DNA of 60,754 nt from Salisapilia sapeloensis CBS 127946. Lineage: Eukaryota; Protista; Oomycota. Positions 32,237 to 42,577 of this stretch are shown piece by piece. The notes below the pieces were generated by a model. That model was not told the DNA's origin and ran no database searches. It saw nothing but the letters and a program-made list of their open reading frames with translations. The stretch covers positions 1-60,754 of the forward strand of contig JAADVB010000098.1 of the NCBI GenBank assembly GCA_023334545.1. The letters are read 5' to 3'. How positions within the stretch are numbered: position 1 is the first letter of the stretch; each line of letters starts with the position of its first letter. A program made the position numbers and the translations under genes.

Positions 32237-33919
32237 TTATTCCGAGTCGGCAAGTATCTGGTGCGTACCGACAGACACGGGGCTATTCAATGCTGCAAGC
32301 GCAATCGCTTTTGCGGCAATCACAGCGTTCCGAAGGCCGGAAGATTGGCGTGACACAGTGCATTCACGATACAAGGACTCTGCTTTGGCTTCGAGAAGCT
32401 CTAGCTTATCCACAGCCGACTGCAGGCCCTTCATCGTACGCAGCGGTCCGACGCCTTCCCACATGATACGCTGCGTCGCCAGCATCACTTCCTTCAAAGC
32501 TGCTTCATTGGCATCCTTTCCTTCGGTAGGGAAGTCCACAGCAGGAGGTTCACCCTCCACTTCATCTTCATCGTCGTCATGACTGCCAAGGAAGTGGTCA
32601 GCAGCGCCACATCCCCACACCAGGCCTTCCAGTAACGAAGTAGACGCGAGACGATTAGCACCGTGGAGACCAGTGCAGCTCACTTCACCTGCAGCATACA
32701 ATCCCTTGACCGAAGTGCAGCCATTCAAGTCGACTTCCACACCGCCGCAGTGGTAGTGGGCCGCAGGCACGACCGGTACAGCTTGGGTAGTCATGTCGTA
32801 ACCGAATTGGAGGCAGCGGGCGTAAATGGTCGGGAATCGACTGCGAATCCAGGACGCATCTTCATGACTGATGTCCAGGAACATGCACGGCTCGTTTTGC
32901 TTAGCCATCTCGGCCAGAATGGTACGTGCGACGACGTCACGCGGCGCCAATTCACCGTCCGGATGGTAATCCTTGGCAAAAGCACGTCCGGATCGGTCAC
33001 GCAGAATAGCGCCTTCCCCTCGAAGTGCTTCCGTCAGCAGGAAACGGCGTTCATTCGGAATAAAGAGCGTCGTCGGGTGGAATTGGACGTACTGCATGTT
33101 CTTCAGCTTGGCACCGGCACGCATCGCCAGGGCGATCCCTTCGCCGCGTGCTCCATCCGGGTTAGACGTGTTCTCATACACATCACCGACGCCGCCAGTA
33201 GCAAGGAGCGTGAAGGGTGCGTTGAAACGCTCTACCTTCCCGGTAGAAGTCACAGTCAAAGCACCCACGCAGTGGCCTTTGGCGTTCGTAACCACTTCAA
33301 AGGCGCTACGTCCATTAAGCAGCGTGATGTTGTCGTGCATACGCACGGCAGCAACCATGCTCTCCGTGATAGCTTTGCCACTCTGGTCATCCTTATAGAG
33401 GATGCGGGCGCGATTGTGAGATGCTTCGAGCGTGAGCGCGAGTTCGCCCTTGTCGTCGCACGTGAACGGTGTCTTAGAGACTTTCAATAGCATCTCCTCC
33501 ACGCGTCCTGGACCATCGATTGCCAGCTTTTGAACCGCAGCGTCATCACAGACACCGGCACCGGCGCGGTGGACGTCCATGGCAAGCAAGTCGGGCGAGT
33601 CATCGTGACTCTTGTAGATAATACCGCCTTGCGCGTAGTAGGTAGCGCTCTCATGCGGATCATCCGCAGCGGAGATGACAGTAACTTTCACACCGGCATT
33701 CGCAAGACGCAGTGCGGCGGCATTGCCCGCGACACCGCATCCGATCACAAGTGCGGCGCAATCGTGGGTTTCGATAGACGGCGAGACAGACTGGGCGGAG
33801 GCAGAGGACGCAGAGTTGGACCGATGAAGCGCATCTAGCTTACGGTACTGGACGGCCTCTTCGGTGCGGGTGTCCACGAAGGACGAAGAGAGGCGTCGGG
33901 CAAAGTCGATTTGGGTCAT
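32237..33919 (-). CDS. nadB: L-aspartate oxidase (de novo NAD+ biosynthesis)
   Basis: FAD motif GCGVAG, ATYYAQGGI, LEASHNRARI, QFHPT, TEALRGEG, ELAPRDVVAR, PAAHYHCGGV and GEVSCTGLHGANRLASTSLLEGLV. Confidence 0.95.
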   Translation of the reverse strand: MTQIDFARRLSSSFVDTRTEEAVQYRKLDALHRSNSASSASAQSVSPSIETHDCAALVIGCGVAGNAAALRLANAGVKVTVISAADDPHESATYYAQGGIIYKSHDDSPDLLAMDVHRAGAGVCDDAAVQKLAIDGPGRVEEMLLKVSKTPFTCDDKGELALTLEASHNRARILYKDDQSGKAITESMVAAVRMHDNITLLNGRSAFEVVTNAKGHCVGALTVTSTGKVERFNAPFTLLATGGVGDVYENTSNPDGARGEGIALAMRAGAKLKNMQYVQFHPTTLFIPNERRFLLTEALRGEGAILRDRSGRAFAKDYHPDGELAPRDVVARTILAEMAKQNEPCMFLDISHEDASWIRSRFPTIYARCLQFGYDMTTQAVPVVPAAHYHCGGVEVDLNGCTSVKGLYAAGEVSCTGLHGANRLASTSLLEGLVWGCGAADHFLGSHDDDEDEVEGEPPAVDFPTEGKDANEAALKEVMLATQRIMWEGVGPLRTMKGLQSAVDKLELLEAKAESLYRECTVSRQSSGLRNAVIAAKAIALAALNSPVSVGTHQILADSE

Positions 33920-33943
33920 GAAGGTTCGAGAGTCGGCGGGAAC

Positions 33944-34006
33944 TTAGTGGGTGGCGGTGAAGACGGGGTATTTCTTGTTAAAGCTCCAGGTGCACTTCAC
34001 GCTCAT
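33944..34006 (-). other. Candidate upstream ORF (MSVKCTWSFNKKYPVFTATH*) in the nadB leader
   Basis: ATG at 34006, TAA at 33946-33944, 24 nt before the nadB ATG and in frame with it. 17 of the 19 codons after the ATG end in G or C. Confidence 0.5.
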
Positions 34007-35038
34007 GTAGTGTGAAGATAGGATGGAGGAGGTCGACGGAGGTCTTGTACCGGCGTCTAGTAACTTGGAGAGTTGAAGTTGTCTTGAGCTCGTCGAGGCA
34101 GAAGCGATAATGGGCTCGTCCGGTAACGCGATCGATTGCTTGCGTATTTTTCACTGCGGATCAGGCCCCTATACAATATACAAGTATAATCTAGGGTTTT
34201 CTCAGGAGGCGTTGGTAATGGGCGCCATGTCCATGTGGGTAAATCATGTAGAGTCGCTCGTCGCGAGCTCTCTTTGGCTTCGATCGCACGTGAAGGCTTG
34301 TTCCTAACAGCTACCATGTCATAACGCCCTGACATGCGGCTAGGCAGTGGCATCTACATGCGATCGCTGTGTAAATGACTGTTGCCAGTTGCCATTTACT
34401 CCATGTAAAGTCTGACATGATCTATGTGTTCTAGCCTTAGATAGCGCATAGTTGAGATGCCGCCGATGGCCAACCGTTATGCCATGGTAAGGAGACTTAA
34501 CTATTATGGCACTTGGTAACCTGGCCAACTGCGTTGCTATTTTGAATTTGAATAATCTTATGCACTCGGAACACGGCGTACTCGCTGTTAGGAACAATCG
34601 TGGGATCAGTATTTCGCCTAACATGCAGGTGTTTGATTTCGATCGCATGAATCACTCTCGAGATGGTAGTTATAAAGCTATGGCTCATTGGTTTCGAAAA
34701 GGTGGACAGTCAGGTAGCATCTCATGTACGCACGACTACCAGAGTATCCACTAGTAGTTTGAAAACGTTATCCACGATAGACTATTCCCTCGTATATCAC
34801 ATCGGCATCCACTTCTGGGTGTATGCGACATACTCTGGGTCCAGATACCCAGAACGAACTAAGAATGTGTCAACGCAAGTAAACGACATGCTAGCGTACG
34901 CGTGCTTGTATTTGTTCTCGTTCATACGCGTACTGCTCCATCCCAATCTCTATTGTCGCGATTGTGCTGTGCAATGAAAAATAATAGCTTTTTAGAAACA
35001 TAGAAAAAATCTTTACTAGTCGTCTACGCTCATACGTT

Positions 35039-36135
35039 ATGAGATCGCTTCTCCCTTCTCTAGAGCTAGCGTTCTTATTTGTAGCTGGCGTTCGATGTGA
35101 TCTCCTGCCTTCGTTCGAGATATCCCCTCTTGATGTCGACGAGATTACCATTGCCGCTGGTATTGAGCATTCCTGTGCCATCCACATCCAGACGGAGGAG
35201 GATGTCGGCGGACGAGTAATGTGCTGGGGTGAAAACCGAGGTCAGCAGAGTATGCCTCCACCAGGCCACTTCATCCAAGTGAGCACAGGTCGCCTGCATT
35301 CTTGCGGTCTCAAGTCGGACGAGACCATCGTTTGCTGGGGTGTAGGAGCGCCAATTCAAAAGCCACCAGGTCTCTTTGATCAAGTCAGCAGCGGCGACTT
35401 CCACTTCTGTGGTCTTTTAAAAGACCAGTCTGTACAATGCTGGGGTAATGTTTTGCTTACAAGTCTTGTGATAGAAATGTACCAACAAATATACACTAGG
35501 AACGAAAGGAAGTAGCCTTTCAAAGTTACCGAAAGGTAAGTACGTTCAAGTGAGTTGCGGTAAAGACTTTTCCTGCGCAATCGGAGTCGATGGGCACGTC
35601 GAATGCTGGGGCGAGCATAGCGACGTACGTTTTGAACTCATTTGTGCATCAATCGTGCAGCTTATTGATAACTTGGATGTATAGGGACAATTGCAAGTAC
35701 CTCATGGCCTTCGCTTCCAACAAATATCATCCTCCTCCGGTAGCTTTGTATGTGGCGTTACTGATGATAATCATATTAAATGCTGGGGGAATAACATGCG
35801 CGGCCAACTGGACGCTCCTCAAGATGAGAAATTCATACTTGTCAGTTCTAGTAGACTCGCTGCTTGCGGCATCAAGGTACATTTTCATATTTTGTTGGTA
35901 TGGATATATTGCCTCAAGTCCTTTTAACGGCATGGACTAGATGGACCGACGCGTTGTTTGTTGGGGAATGAAATCTGGCGTCACAAGTGCTCCAACGGAT
36001 ATCCAGTTCGACGAGCTGACTCTGGGTTGGAATCACGGATGCGGCATCCAACATGAAGATGGGGTTGTAAGATGCTGGGGTGATAGCAATGGTAATCGAC
36101 TCGACATTCCCCCCAAACTACTTAGAGGCTTTTAA
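35039..36135 (+). CDS. Secreted RCC1/BLIP-II-type seven-bladed beta-propeller, 305 aa, four exons (35039-35444, 35500-35624, 35685-35876, 35941-36135)
   Basis: Signal-peptide-like N-terminus and seven repeats with the pattern S.G..H/F.C(G/A)I.....V.CWG. Three GT-AG introns (55, 60, 64 nt) keep the frame (918 nt). Confidence 0.87.
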
Positions 36136-36183
36136 CTCTTGTGAATAAAGCACAGGGGAATCAAGCATCTCTGTATATACTAT

Positions 36184-37461
36184 TCATTCACTCTCTCGAA
36201 ATGTTTCTAGTCGATTAGTAACCAGTACTTGTTTCCCTACGAGCACATGAAGGCTGCGTTCTTGCGAGTTGTTGGATGGTAAATCGGATTTTGACACGAG
36301 CGTGACTTTCTTGATAGGATCCAACAATCGTCCCACCCGTTCCTTACGGACAACATCCAACATAGAAGACTTCGACTGATGCAAGCGAAAATGTGTTCCA
36401 TCACTTGATGTAGGAAGAACGTGAGCAGATGCAGATTTTCGTAGTGACATCGGAAACGCATCAACTTGGGATGGCAATTTAATGCTTTGTAGTCGTCGAT
36501 CCGTGTGCTCATGAGCTTTTGCTAATGCCAAGGCAGATCTAGAATGACTACTTCCTGCTAAAGTATTTCGTTCAAATCCTCGTTGTGGAGCGGATTCATT
36601 TTCGGTCTGTTTCCTACGTAGTACAAGTAATGAACTATCCACTTCGTACTCCATGGATTTCTCAACAACGCCTAGGGAAGCCCAAGTGACAACATCAGAT
36701 GCTGCTGCAATCATGCCTGCAACATCTCCTTTCTTTGGGTGTGCTCCTTGCGTCTGGGATAATTTGTCCTTTGCAGCATATTTATTTGTCTTGCCAGAAT
36801 GCGCTTTGCAATTATATGCTGATGCCGCCAACTTGATAAGTGGTAACTCGAGGCATTTCAATATCTGGTTTTCGGCCACAATAATTGCCATTTCGATCTT
36901 GTCCTTTACAGCAGCGGAAAGCTGTTTCTTCATCGAGTAATACTTCCCCATTGGCAATGACAACATTATGGATTTAAACTTTGTTGTGATCACCGAGTAC
37001 TTGAGTGGCGTCTTGGTATTCACATTGTAAGCTAGCATTACATCTCCTGGTCTCAGTACTTTTTCCACATGACGAGTGTCTTGATCGAGCACGCTACCTG
37101 GACTATTCGACACTCTTTCCATGCATCTTGCACTGAAACCTCCGTATAAAATGAAGATCATCTCGGACGCTGTTTCGCCTTCATGCCAATTCATTTCTCC
37201 AATTACAGAAAACTTAATTGTGCACAGATCGAACAAGTTCTTCCAGGGTATTTCCTCCGCCAATATGGCCAATATGTGGTTTCGGTGCAGCACCTCGTAT
37301 TGAAACGCAAATGTTTTAAGTTGTTTATTCAGCAATGTGGTCGAACCAGATGACCCAGAAGCCGGGCGCGATGAACCTGGGGTCTTTCCCGAATGCGAAG
37401 CAGAACCTGGACGAGATCTGTCAGTTGGAAGCGAAGACACATGATTTTTTCCGGACATCAA
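36184..37461 (-). CDS. Protein with a degenerate cyclic-nucleotide-binding (CAP/cNMP)-like domain
   Basis: 425-aa ORF. LFDLCTIKFSVIGEMNWHEGETASEMIFILYGGFSA...LRPGD resembles the start of a cNMP beta-roll; the flanks are Ser-rich and disordered. Confidence 0.6.
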   Translation of the reverse strand: MMSGKNHVSSLPTDRSRPGSASHSGKTPGSSRPASGSSGSTTLLNKQLKTFAFQYEVLHRNHILAILAEEIPWKNLFDLCTIKFSVIGEMNWHEGETASEMIFILYGGFSARCMERVSNSPGSVLDQDTRHVEKVLRPGDVMLAYNVNTKTPLKYSVITTKFKSIMLSLPMGKYYSMKKQLSAAVKDKIEMAIIVAENQILKCLELPLIKLAASAYNCKAHSGKTNKYAAKDKLSQTQGAHPKKGDVAGMIAAASDVVTWASLGVVEKSMEYEVDSSLLVLRRKQTENESAPQRGFERNTLAGSSHSRSALALAKAHEHTDRRLQSIKLPSQVDAFPMSLRKSASAHVLPTSSDGTHFRLHQSKSSMLDVVRKERVGRLLDPIKKVTLVSKSDLPSNNSQERSLHVLVGKQVLVTNRLETFRESE

Positions 37462-38159
37462 TACTCTTTTAATTTGATGAATGCGTATTAGCGTGTCAAA
37501 ACAAGGCAGGAGAGAACGATATTTAATTCTAATAATAGCTTGCAGTTAGGTTCGCTGTCTGCGAATGTACCAATTGGTATTCATCACTCAAGCATGCCTA
37601 GTGCATGCTTCTATCTCTACTCAGTTTATATTTACAGGCGCACACTTTTAAAGCAAAGCTTGGGGAAGTATAGCAAAGCTGACGATCGACTGGATACATA
37701 TAACATTCACTTCAATCCAACTTCAAAAGAACGTACTTGAAGTTTCTTTTCGCTGCAGCACTCCCTTATAAAGGGATGTTGCTGACCAATGCTTTACCGA
37801 GGCACGATGTGTTATCTATGTACATCACGAGTGCTTGTAGCATACTGATGCCAAAGCGAGGAAAGGATTGAAATCACAGCCAATGACTACCTTGCGTCTT
37901 CGTCGAGCGCTATAACTGTATAATTTTCTTAGGCAACGATGACTTTACGGCATTAACTAGCACCTTCAGCCTAGTATTGGGAACTGGTACAAGGTGCTGT
38001 AGGCAATCTTTTCAAACCAAAACGTTAAGAGCAGTTGTATTATCGACCAGTTAGGATAGGATAGCATGCCAAGTGGTGTCTATATATAAGAAAGTGATCC
38101 TAACACTCGATTTTCATTCTATCGATGACAACCGGTATTTCTAATCAAAGGACAAGCTT

Positions 38160-38470
38160 CTGTACCTGTTCATATTATATCTAAAGAAAGTAGATTGAGA
38201 CATTCCTACAGTGTAGTCCAATACTATCAATGATTCTGTCTTTGACTTCAAGAGCTTCGCCAGGAATATCAATTTAGCGTGGTAGATGTCTGTGAGCGTA
38301 TGATCCCTTCATCAGTTTGCATCACCAATACGTCCGTTTATAGTGTCAAACAAGCCGTATGCTCAGGCTATTTCCACCCAAGCATGTACTCTCAACGTGA
38401 TGCAAAGTGCCTGGTTTGTCGCCATCAAAACCTCCAGCTACGCATAGAACTTGATGCAAGAAAAATCGTC
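38160..38470 (-). pseudogene. Possible decayed ORF relic
   Basis: One frame reads protein-like (GLFDTINGRIGDAN**RDHTLTDIYHAKLIFLAKLLKS) with scattered stops; family not recognised. Confidence 0.2.
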
Positions 38471-38884
38471 TCAAGATGTGGAAAGATCGTGCAACAATTG
38501 CTTGATAGCAAAAGGTGGAGAAATTGATTCTGTTTCAGGCTCATGTACATTGTGACACAACGATGCTCCGATCCATATAGACACCTTTTTCTTTGCTGTG
38601 GTAGGTAAGACTTAATTCCTCCAATACCTTTTGATAAGTCTTCCATATGTGGCTCTTACATTAGATATGGTTCATCACTTGAGTTTCAATTTTCAGGAAA
38701 TGTGCAAACGTCCGTTTCAACTCACAGTAGGCAGCAAGAGTTTCGGCTAAAAGTAGATCCTACAGAACTCGATTTGATCTCCACAAAGCAACAGTTGACC
38801 TACTATTGTTTGTGACTTCTGTAGAGTAGTAGTGGCGAGAAGAGCTATTGAATCTAGTCTGCGGAAATCCAATCGTACGAAGCA

Positions 38885-40372
38885 ATGAAGTGGTTGCCAG
38901 TCATTTTCGTTGTCCTCGCCTTTATTTCTATATTCCCTCGCCTCGAAGCATATGGACGTGAAGAGCCTCAGCGACAACGCACTCCAGTTACTGCTCGAAG
39001 TGCTAGAGACTTTATGAAAGCGAATAGAAAAATGGATGTTATTATTCGCGTTTATGACGATGCTTCTCGTCCACTTCGAGCGATTGGAGAGCAAAAGTTT
39101 GAATCCCGATCCAGTCACCTTAACGGTGCAAGAAGAATTCTTCGAAAGCACGCTCGAAGTTCCCAGGAGAGGATTATTGAATTGCTAGATAGACTAGGTT
39201 ACAAAACAAGTAACCCCAAGGGAGCTAAACGAGCAACACAGTTCTCTATATCCAATTCTATCCACGTAGATAGCATCACGGAAAAAGACCTTGGCGAGTT
39301 GGAATCTCACCCTGATGTGCGTAAAGTTGAGCAAGAAATGAGGCTTGATATTGTGGTACCAACGATTGAAACTCACTCTTCAGCTAAAGTTGTCAACACA
39401 GATCAAGAAAACTGGGGGATAAAGAAAATGGGCGTTGATGAGGTGTGGGGAATGTACGGAAATACTGGTGATGGTATCACCGTTGGTGTCATCGACTCCG
39501 GCGTCGATGGTAAGCATGAAGCCTTGAGTAGTAGCTTTGCAGGAGAATATGGGTGGCACGACCCGCAGGGTAAATTAGAACCGTACGATGAATCCGGGCA
39601 TGGTACTCATGTGACTGGAATAATCACTGGTGAAAACGGTATTGGTGTCGCTCCTGGTGCAAAGTGGATGGCATGCAAAGGTTGTAGAAGCAGATCGGAA
39701 GGATGCTTACTCTCAGACCTTTTAGAATGTTTCGAGTGGATGTCTTGTCCAACGAAGGCAGACGGAACGGATGAAGATTGCTCGAAAGCCCCGCATGTAA
39801 TCAACAATAGCTGGGGTGGCGGACGTAACTTGCAAGACTTTGACGATGTCATAGAAGTATGGCATGCACTAGGAATCATCCCGATCTTTGCAGCAGGTAA
39901 CACTGGTCCAAGATGCAATACGGTCACTTCGCCAGGCGATAAGTACAATGTCATTACTGTCGGCGCAACGGATTCGAACGATCAGCTTGCTCGATTCAGT
40001 TCCAAAGGCACGGGGGTTGATGGTATCGTCAAGCCCGACATCGTTGCTCCTGGTAGATCGATACTATCTAGCTGCCTATCTCCTAGACGACACGACTACT
40101 ACTGCCTCAAGTCAGGGACAAGTATGGCCACCCCTCAAGTAAGCGGTCTCGTCGCTTTATACTTGCAAGATCGCAAAGACGCTTCATACGATGAAGTTCG
40201 AGACGCATTGCTTCTTGCGACTGTCAAATCGATTTCGAATCCCACAAGACATACTTGTGGTGCACCGAAAACCCCGGATGACATCTTTCCAAACCAACAA
40301 GTCGGCAACGGACGTATCGATGCCGTCGCTTTAATCAATCATGCTCGAGCGAAGAACGGTGCCAACCACTAG
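38885..40372 (+). CDS. Secreted subtilisin-like serine protease (S8A) with prodomain
   Basis: Signal peptide, I9-like propeptide, catalytic triad VIDSGVD / HGTHVTG / GTSMATP, and the oxyanion Asn in AAGN. Confidence 0.96.
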   Translation: MKWLPVIFVVLAFISIFPRLEAYGREEPQRQRTPVTARSARDFMKANRKMDVIIRVYDDASRPLRAIGEQKFESRSSHLNGARRILRKHARSSQERIIELLDRLGYKTSNPKGAKRATQFSISNSIHVDSITEKDLGELESHPDVRKVEQEMRLDIVVPTIETHSSAKVVNTDQENWGIKKMGVDEVWGMYGNTGDGITVGVIDSGVDGKHEALSSSFAGEYGWHDPQGKLEPYDESGHGTHVTGIITGENGIGVAPGAKWMACKGCRSRSEGCLLSDLLECFEWMSCPTKADGTDEDCSKAPHVINNSWGGGRNLQDFDDVIEVWHALGIIPIFAAGNTGPRCNTVTSPGDKYNVITVGATDSNDQLARFSSKGTGVDGIVKPDIVAPGRSILSSCLSPRRHDYYCLKSGTSMATPQVSGLVALYLQDRKDASYDEVRDALLLATVKSISNPTRHTCGAPKTPDDIFPNQQVGNGRIDAVALINHARAKNGANH

Positions 40373-40504
40373 ACTCTTCAATCTACTAAACAAGACACCA
40401 ATCTATTCCTTTCCTTTCTACACCAGGCGCTTCCAATTCGTATCGATTTAAAGAAAAAGAAAAGTAGTAGAAAACCGCGAATTAATTATTCTCGCCTCGG
40501 AATC

Positions 40505-40514
40505 TCGCGCCAAA
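40505..40514 (-). promoter_or_regulatory. E2F-like site upstream of the P-loop kinase gene
   Basis: TTTGGCGCGA on the minus strand (TCGCGCCAAA on +), about 235 nt before ATG 40748. Confidence 0.35.
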
Positions 40515-40747
40515 TATTTTACTTGCGCTTTGTATACTCAAGTCATTTCAAAATCGCGCGGGACGGACATTGCCAGGCGCTTCCATTCATTCGCAAAAAG
40601 CTCCGTTCGACCTCACTGCTCCGTCACATCCCGAGACGTTGTCTGCGGTCTATATATATTCACGTCTTATCTATCCCTCGGTCGCACTACTCCCTACCGA
40701 CCTACATACACGTCAAGCTCGTCACGCCAGTCGAATCGACATTCATC

Positions 40748-41621
40748 ATGCCTCGCAAATCCCGCAAAAGCAACGACTCTAAGCTCATCGTCGTCGCCCT
40801 AGAAGGCTGCCACGGTACATCCTGCTTTATCTAGGAAATTATTTCGTAATTATAGAACTCGTGACTGAAATGTGTTGTGATAGGCTCGGGCAAGACAAGC
40901 CTATGCGCTGAGTTTGAGGCGCAAGGCTATAAAGTACTAGACGAAACGTTCATGACGATGCCGAGTTATTCTCTCCACCCTCAGTCAATGCTCATGGAAT
41001 CTGCCTGGGTCTGTTCTTGGTACATTTCTTCCATCTTTTACTATTTGTTGCACTTGACTCATCGTGTCTTGCAGGTTTGAACGTGTGCTGCGTCTAGCAG
41101 ATGAACTCCGTCGCGAGAAGCGCGCTGTGAATCGCACTCAAGTGTACTTTGCGGACCGGTCTCCATTTTCCGCTGTCTACTACGCCGGTGCCTCCGGTCA
41201 TTTGCTCGAACCTGTGATCCGAGCTCAGATGAAAGAAGTGGAAGAGCAAGCGAACATCCTTTTCTATACAGTACACGTCTCAGTCGAGAAAGAGTTGTTG
41301 TGGAAACGTATTTGCGATCGCTTGGAAGACGAACCGGAGCGTGTGCGGTACAATGAACACAAGCGTGATTGGATGGACAAGACACTCGCGTTCTACAATA
41401 CGTTCGAGTGGGATTTCACTATTTCCAATGACGATGGCAGTGTCTCGACGATCATGAAAGAGCTCGAGACGACCCTACGAGGTCAAGATGCTACTTTTCG
41501 AATGGTATATGAACGGAAGAAGCATGTGCTGACGGATGAAACCGTCAGCTCCGTCGCCAGCACGGACAGTGAAGAGGATGTAGATGGTACAAGTATGGTG
41601 GCTTTTAACAATCGTACCTAG
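40748..41621 (+). CDS. P-loop nucleoside/nucleotide kinase-like protein (dNK / thymidylate-kinase fold), 249 aa, three exons (40748-40814, 40884-41019, 41075-41621)
   Basis: Walker A LEGCHG|SGKT is split by intron 1; FADRSPFSA matches the dNK/TMPK DRS motif. Introns of 69 and 55 nt; 750 nt total. Confidence 0.83.
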
Positions 41622-41653
41622 AGTACTGTCACGAATGAAAAGCTCTTTGTTTT

Positions 41654-42577
41654 TTATATTCGAAGAAAGCGTTTGGCATTGGAACGTGTCAGATGGGCAA
41701 TTTCACTCGGCGTCTTGTCCAGGATCTCTGCGATACACTCGACAATCTTCGGAAGCGCAGTAGGTACATTCGGATGCTGTCGCTTCCGACTCGTAGGTTC
41801 CAAGTATCGACATTTTGGAAAGCCCATGTACGGTGCATCAGTTTCTATGACCAATCGATCAAGTGGAATGTGTTGGAGCATCTCGCGTAGGTTGGAACCA
41901 TGAGACTTTTTAATGAAACCTGTGATGCCGATGTAAAATCCGTTGGATATGTACGACTGGAGCTCTGCTTCTTCCCCTGTAAAGCAGTGGACGACTGCTG
42001 GCGGAAAGTAGCCGTTGAATTCATCTCGACAGTGGTTGATAGCAGCCATAAAGTCGTCATGCGCGAGACGTTCGTGAAGGAAGAGTGGCTTTTGAAGCTT
42101 GCAAGCTAAATGTAGTTGAGTTTGGAACCATTCTTTTTGAGTAGGAGAGTCCGGAAAAGAGGAAGAGTAGTCGAGACCGCACTCGCCTACCGCGACGACA
42201 TTTGTGCCGGATGCGAGAGACTCTAGTTGGGAAATTTCTGTCGCGGTGGGAGAGCTGGATGCGTTATATGGGTGTACACCTGCCGTCGGGAAAAGTTTCT
42301 AGTGTGCATAAGACGTGCTTAGTATTTGATGATGGTAGGAGTGTGAAATGCATACGGTTGGGTAGCGTTGACACAGATCGATGGCGGCCTTGCTTTCGGA
42401 TAGAGTGGCACCAGGCACGAGCATTTCGATGACGCCACATGCCTCTGCTCTTTCGAGAATACCTTCAATGTCATTCTCAAGCGCTTCATGTGTCAGATTG
42501 CAATCGAAATCAAAGTAATAAGAGAGCTCCGTGTTGGATGCCGTGGTTTCGGTAGACCTAGGATCGATAGATGTCAT
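41654..42577 (-). CDS. tatD: TatD family metal-dependent DNase, 288 aa, two exons (42577-42356, 42298-41654)
   Basis: DFDCNLTH, TAGVHPY, VGECGLDY, FLHER, VVHCFTG, IETDAPY and TRSNAKRFL. 57-nt GTATGC...CTAG intron. Confidence 0.92.

Noticed and set aside
32663-33838. Long + strand ORFs over nadB (275, 141 and 102 aa)
   Set aside because: Antisense shadows of a GC-biased gene; no recognisable motifs.
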